From Tubiluchus corallicola (Eukaryota > Animalia > Priapulida), in assembly GCA_030141605.1 (NCBI GenBank), contig JAQGDQ010000270.1, positions 124,001 to 188,000 on the forward strand: a DNA stretch of 64,000 nucleotides, written 5' to 3'. The notes below the pieces were generated by a model. That model was given only the letters and a program-made list of their open reading frames with translations, was not told where the DNA came from and did not search any database. Positions 62,585-64,000 of the stretch are shown in pieces; position 1 is the stretch's first letter; the number at the start of each line of letters is the position of its first letter. A program made the position numbers and the translations under genes.

Positions 62585-63673
62585 ATGAAAAGAGGTATTA
62601 TTTATGTTCTGTTAGTTTTTGTTTTTTCAGCAATAAAGCTAAATGCTCAAGAAGCAAAAGAGCAGGTTAGTATTGGAGAGCTTGAGCCTTATATTTCAGC
62701 TTATATGAAGCCTTTTGCCGATGCCATGTCAATTAGTATGGGTGGTGGCTGGACGCATACAGCTGAAGTAAACAACACCCTGGGGTTTTATATTACTTTT
62801 AATCTTTCTGCAGTTAAAATCCCGCAATCTAGTGGAACTTTTGATACCAGCGATTTAGATATGCCTGGCTATAGTTTCCCAGAAAGTACGGCTCCTACCA
62901 TAAGTGGTAGTGGCACAGGTCCTGATGTTTCACGCGACTTTGATATAGAAGGGGCCCCTGATTTTTACTTTGCTGCACCAGATGGACTAGGATTAAATTA
63001 TGGTGGGATGGTTGCTATTCAAGCGGGGATTGGATTACCTAAAGGAACAGAGGTTATAGGAAGGTTTATCCCTAATATAAGTAAAACTATCAATGGTATT
63101 ATGGACGGGGATGAGTTAAGCTTTAAAAAGATAGGTATGTGGGGGATAGGGGTTAAGCATGATATTAAGCAGTGGATCCCTGTTGTTAAAGAGATACCTA
63201 TTCTTCAAGTATCTGGGCTATTTACTTATTCCAGGCTTTATACAGACTTCTCCGGTTCGAACTTCCAAATTACTCCTGCGCACTTTGGTGCTTTGGACAA
63301 CACAGAAGGAGGAGCCGAGACATGGAGTAATCAGAGGTTTAAAACAGATATATCTTCACTTACCGGATCTTTTTTGGTTGGTGCAAATATTCCGTTTTTT
63401 CAACCATTTATCGGGTTTGGGTTTGCATCTAGCCAGTTTGAGGGTGGTTATAAAGGGTACTACCCTGTTGTTGACTTAGTTGTTAGTAGTGATAAACTTG
63501 AGTATGCGGTAAATGAGTTTGAAGAGGATCCATTGGATGTGGTATCAAGTGTTGATAATTTCAATTTTCAGGCAGGAGCCAGGTTGAAGCTTAGTGTTTT
63601 TGCTCTGCATTACCAGTATATTTTTCAAAAATATAGTATGCATACTTTGGGCCTTGCTGTTGGAATCAATTAG
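62585..63673 (+). CDS. outer-membrane beta-barrel protein, DUF6588-like
   Basis: Signal peptide; GW.HTA, GIGLP.GTE...RF.P and WGIG.KHDIKQW motifs. Confidence 0.65.
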   Translation: MKRGIIYVLLVFVFSAIKLNAQEAKEQVSIGELEPYISAYMKPFADAMSISMGGGWTHTAEVNNTLGFYITFNLSAVKIPQSSGTFDTSDLDMPGYSFPESTAPTISGSGTGPDVSRDFDIEGAPDFYFAAPDGLGLNYGGMVAIQAGIGLPKGTEVIGRFIPNISKTINGIMDGDELSFKKIGMWGIGVKHDIKQWIPVVKEIPILQVSGLFTYSRLYTDFSGSNFQITPAHFGALDNTEGGAETWSNQRFKTDISSLTGSFLVGANIPFFQPFIGFGFASSQFEGGYKGYYPVVDLVVSSDKLEYAVNEFEEDPLDVVSSVDNFNFQAGARLKLSVFALHYQYIFQKYSMHTLGLAVGIN

Positions 63674-64000
63674 TTGAAAGAGATTTGACAGACTAGTTGT
63701 AGCAGGAATCACTGTGTTATGATTCGTTGTTGATACTCAGTTTTTCAACTCTTCTGTCACAATAGCAGAGTTCACTTGCGCCATTATAGGGGTCTGCATA
63801 ACAACTGAGTTATATTTAAATCTCTTTCAAGGTTTAAATGCTGAACTATATAGCTTCGCGTTATTAAATGAATGACCCAATAACAGAATAGTTTTGTAGG
63901 GATATAATATTTTTTTTCATAGTGAGTTTGGTTTTATTCATTTATATTGACTTCTACAGTTTATTTGCAAGAAGTCTGCAGTTTTAGAAATAGTGGCAAG

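Overview
The window joins two kinds of DNA. Bases 1 to ~6240 are AT-rich animal (metazoan-type) genomic DNA. They hold four GT-AG exons that splice in frame into the luminal N-terminal part of TMEM145; the ORF track misses them. The introns contain long microsatellites, a tRNA-derived SINE head and a TTAA-flanked piggyBac-type MITE. About 120-180 bp after the last exon's donor site, with no N-gap, the sequence becomes a gene-dense Bacteroidota chromosome (probably Bacteroidales/Marinilabiliales-like) that runs to the end of the window. The rest of TMEM145 never appears. The bacterial part has intact core genes (mpl, metH, metF, ricT, gldH, trmB, mrp, sprE/porW, porX, dnaB, ddl, rluD, mqnE, rpmH, methylmalonyl-CoA mutase subunits, nfo, exbB/exbD). 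It also has a decay zone at 7.7-12.3 kb: a split methyltransferase, an internally deleted hsdR, an IS481 scar and duplicated ferredoxins, one with a Cys-to-Ser ligand change. An ECF sigma/FecR/SusC/SusD/glycosidase PUL ends at an intact IS256. Other observations are a degenerate dispersed intergenic repeat family and a candidate sRNA complementary to AUG-AAA-AAA start regions. Sequence alone cannot tell a real symbiont-to-host insertion from an assembly chimera. All identifications come from reading the sequence and recalling family motifs; no searches were run.
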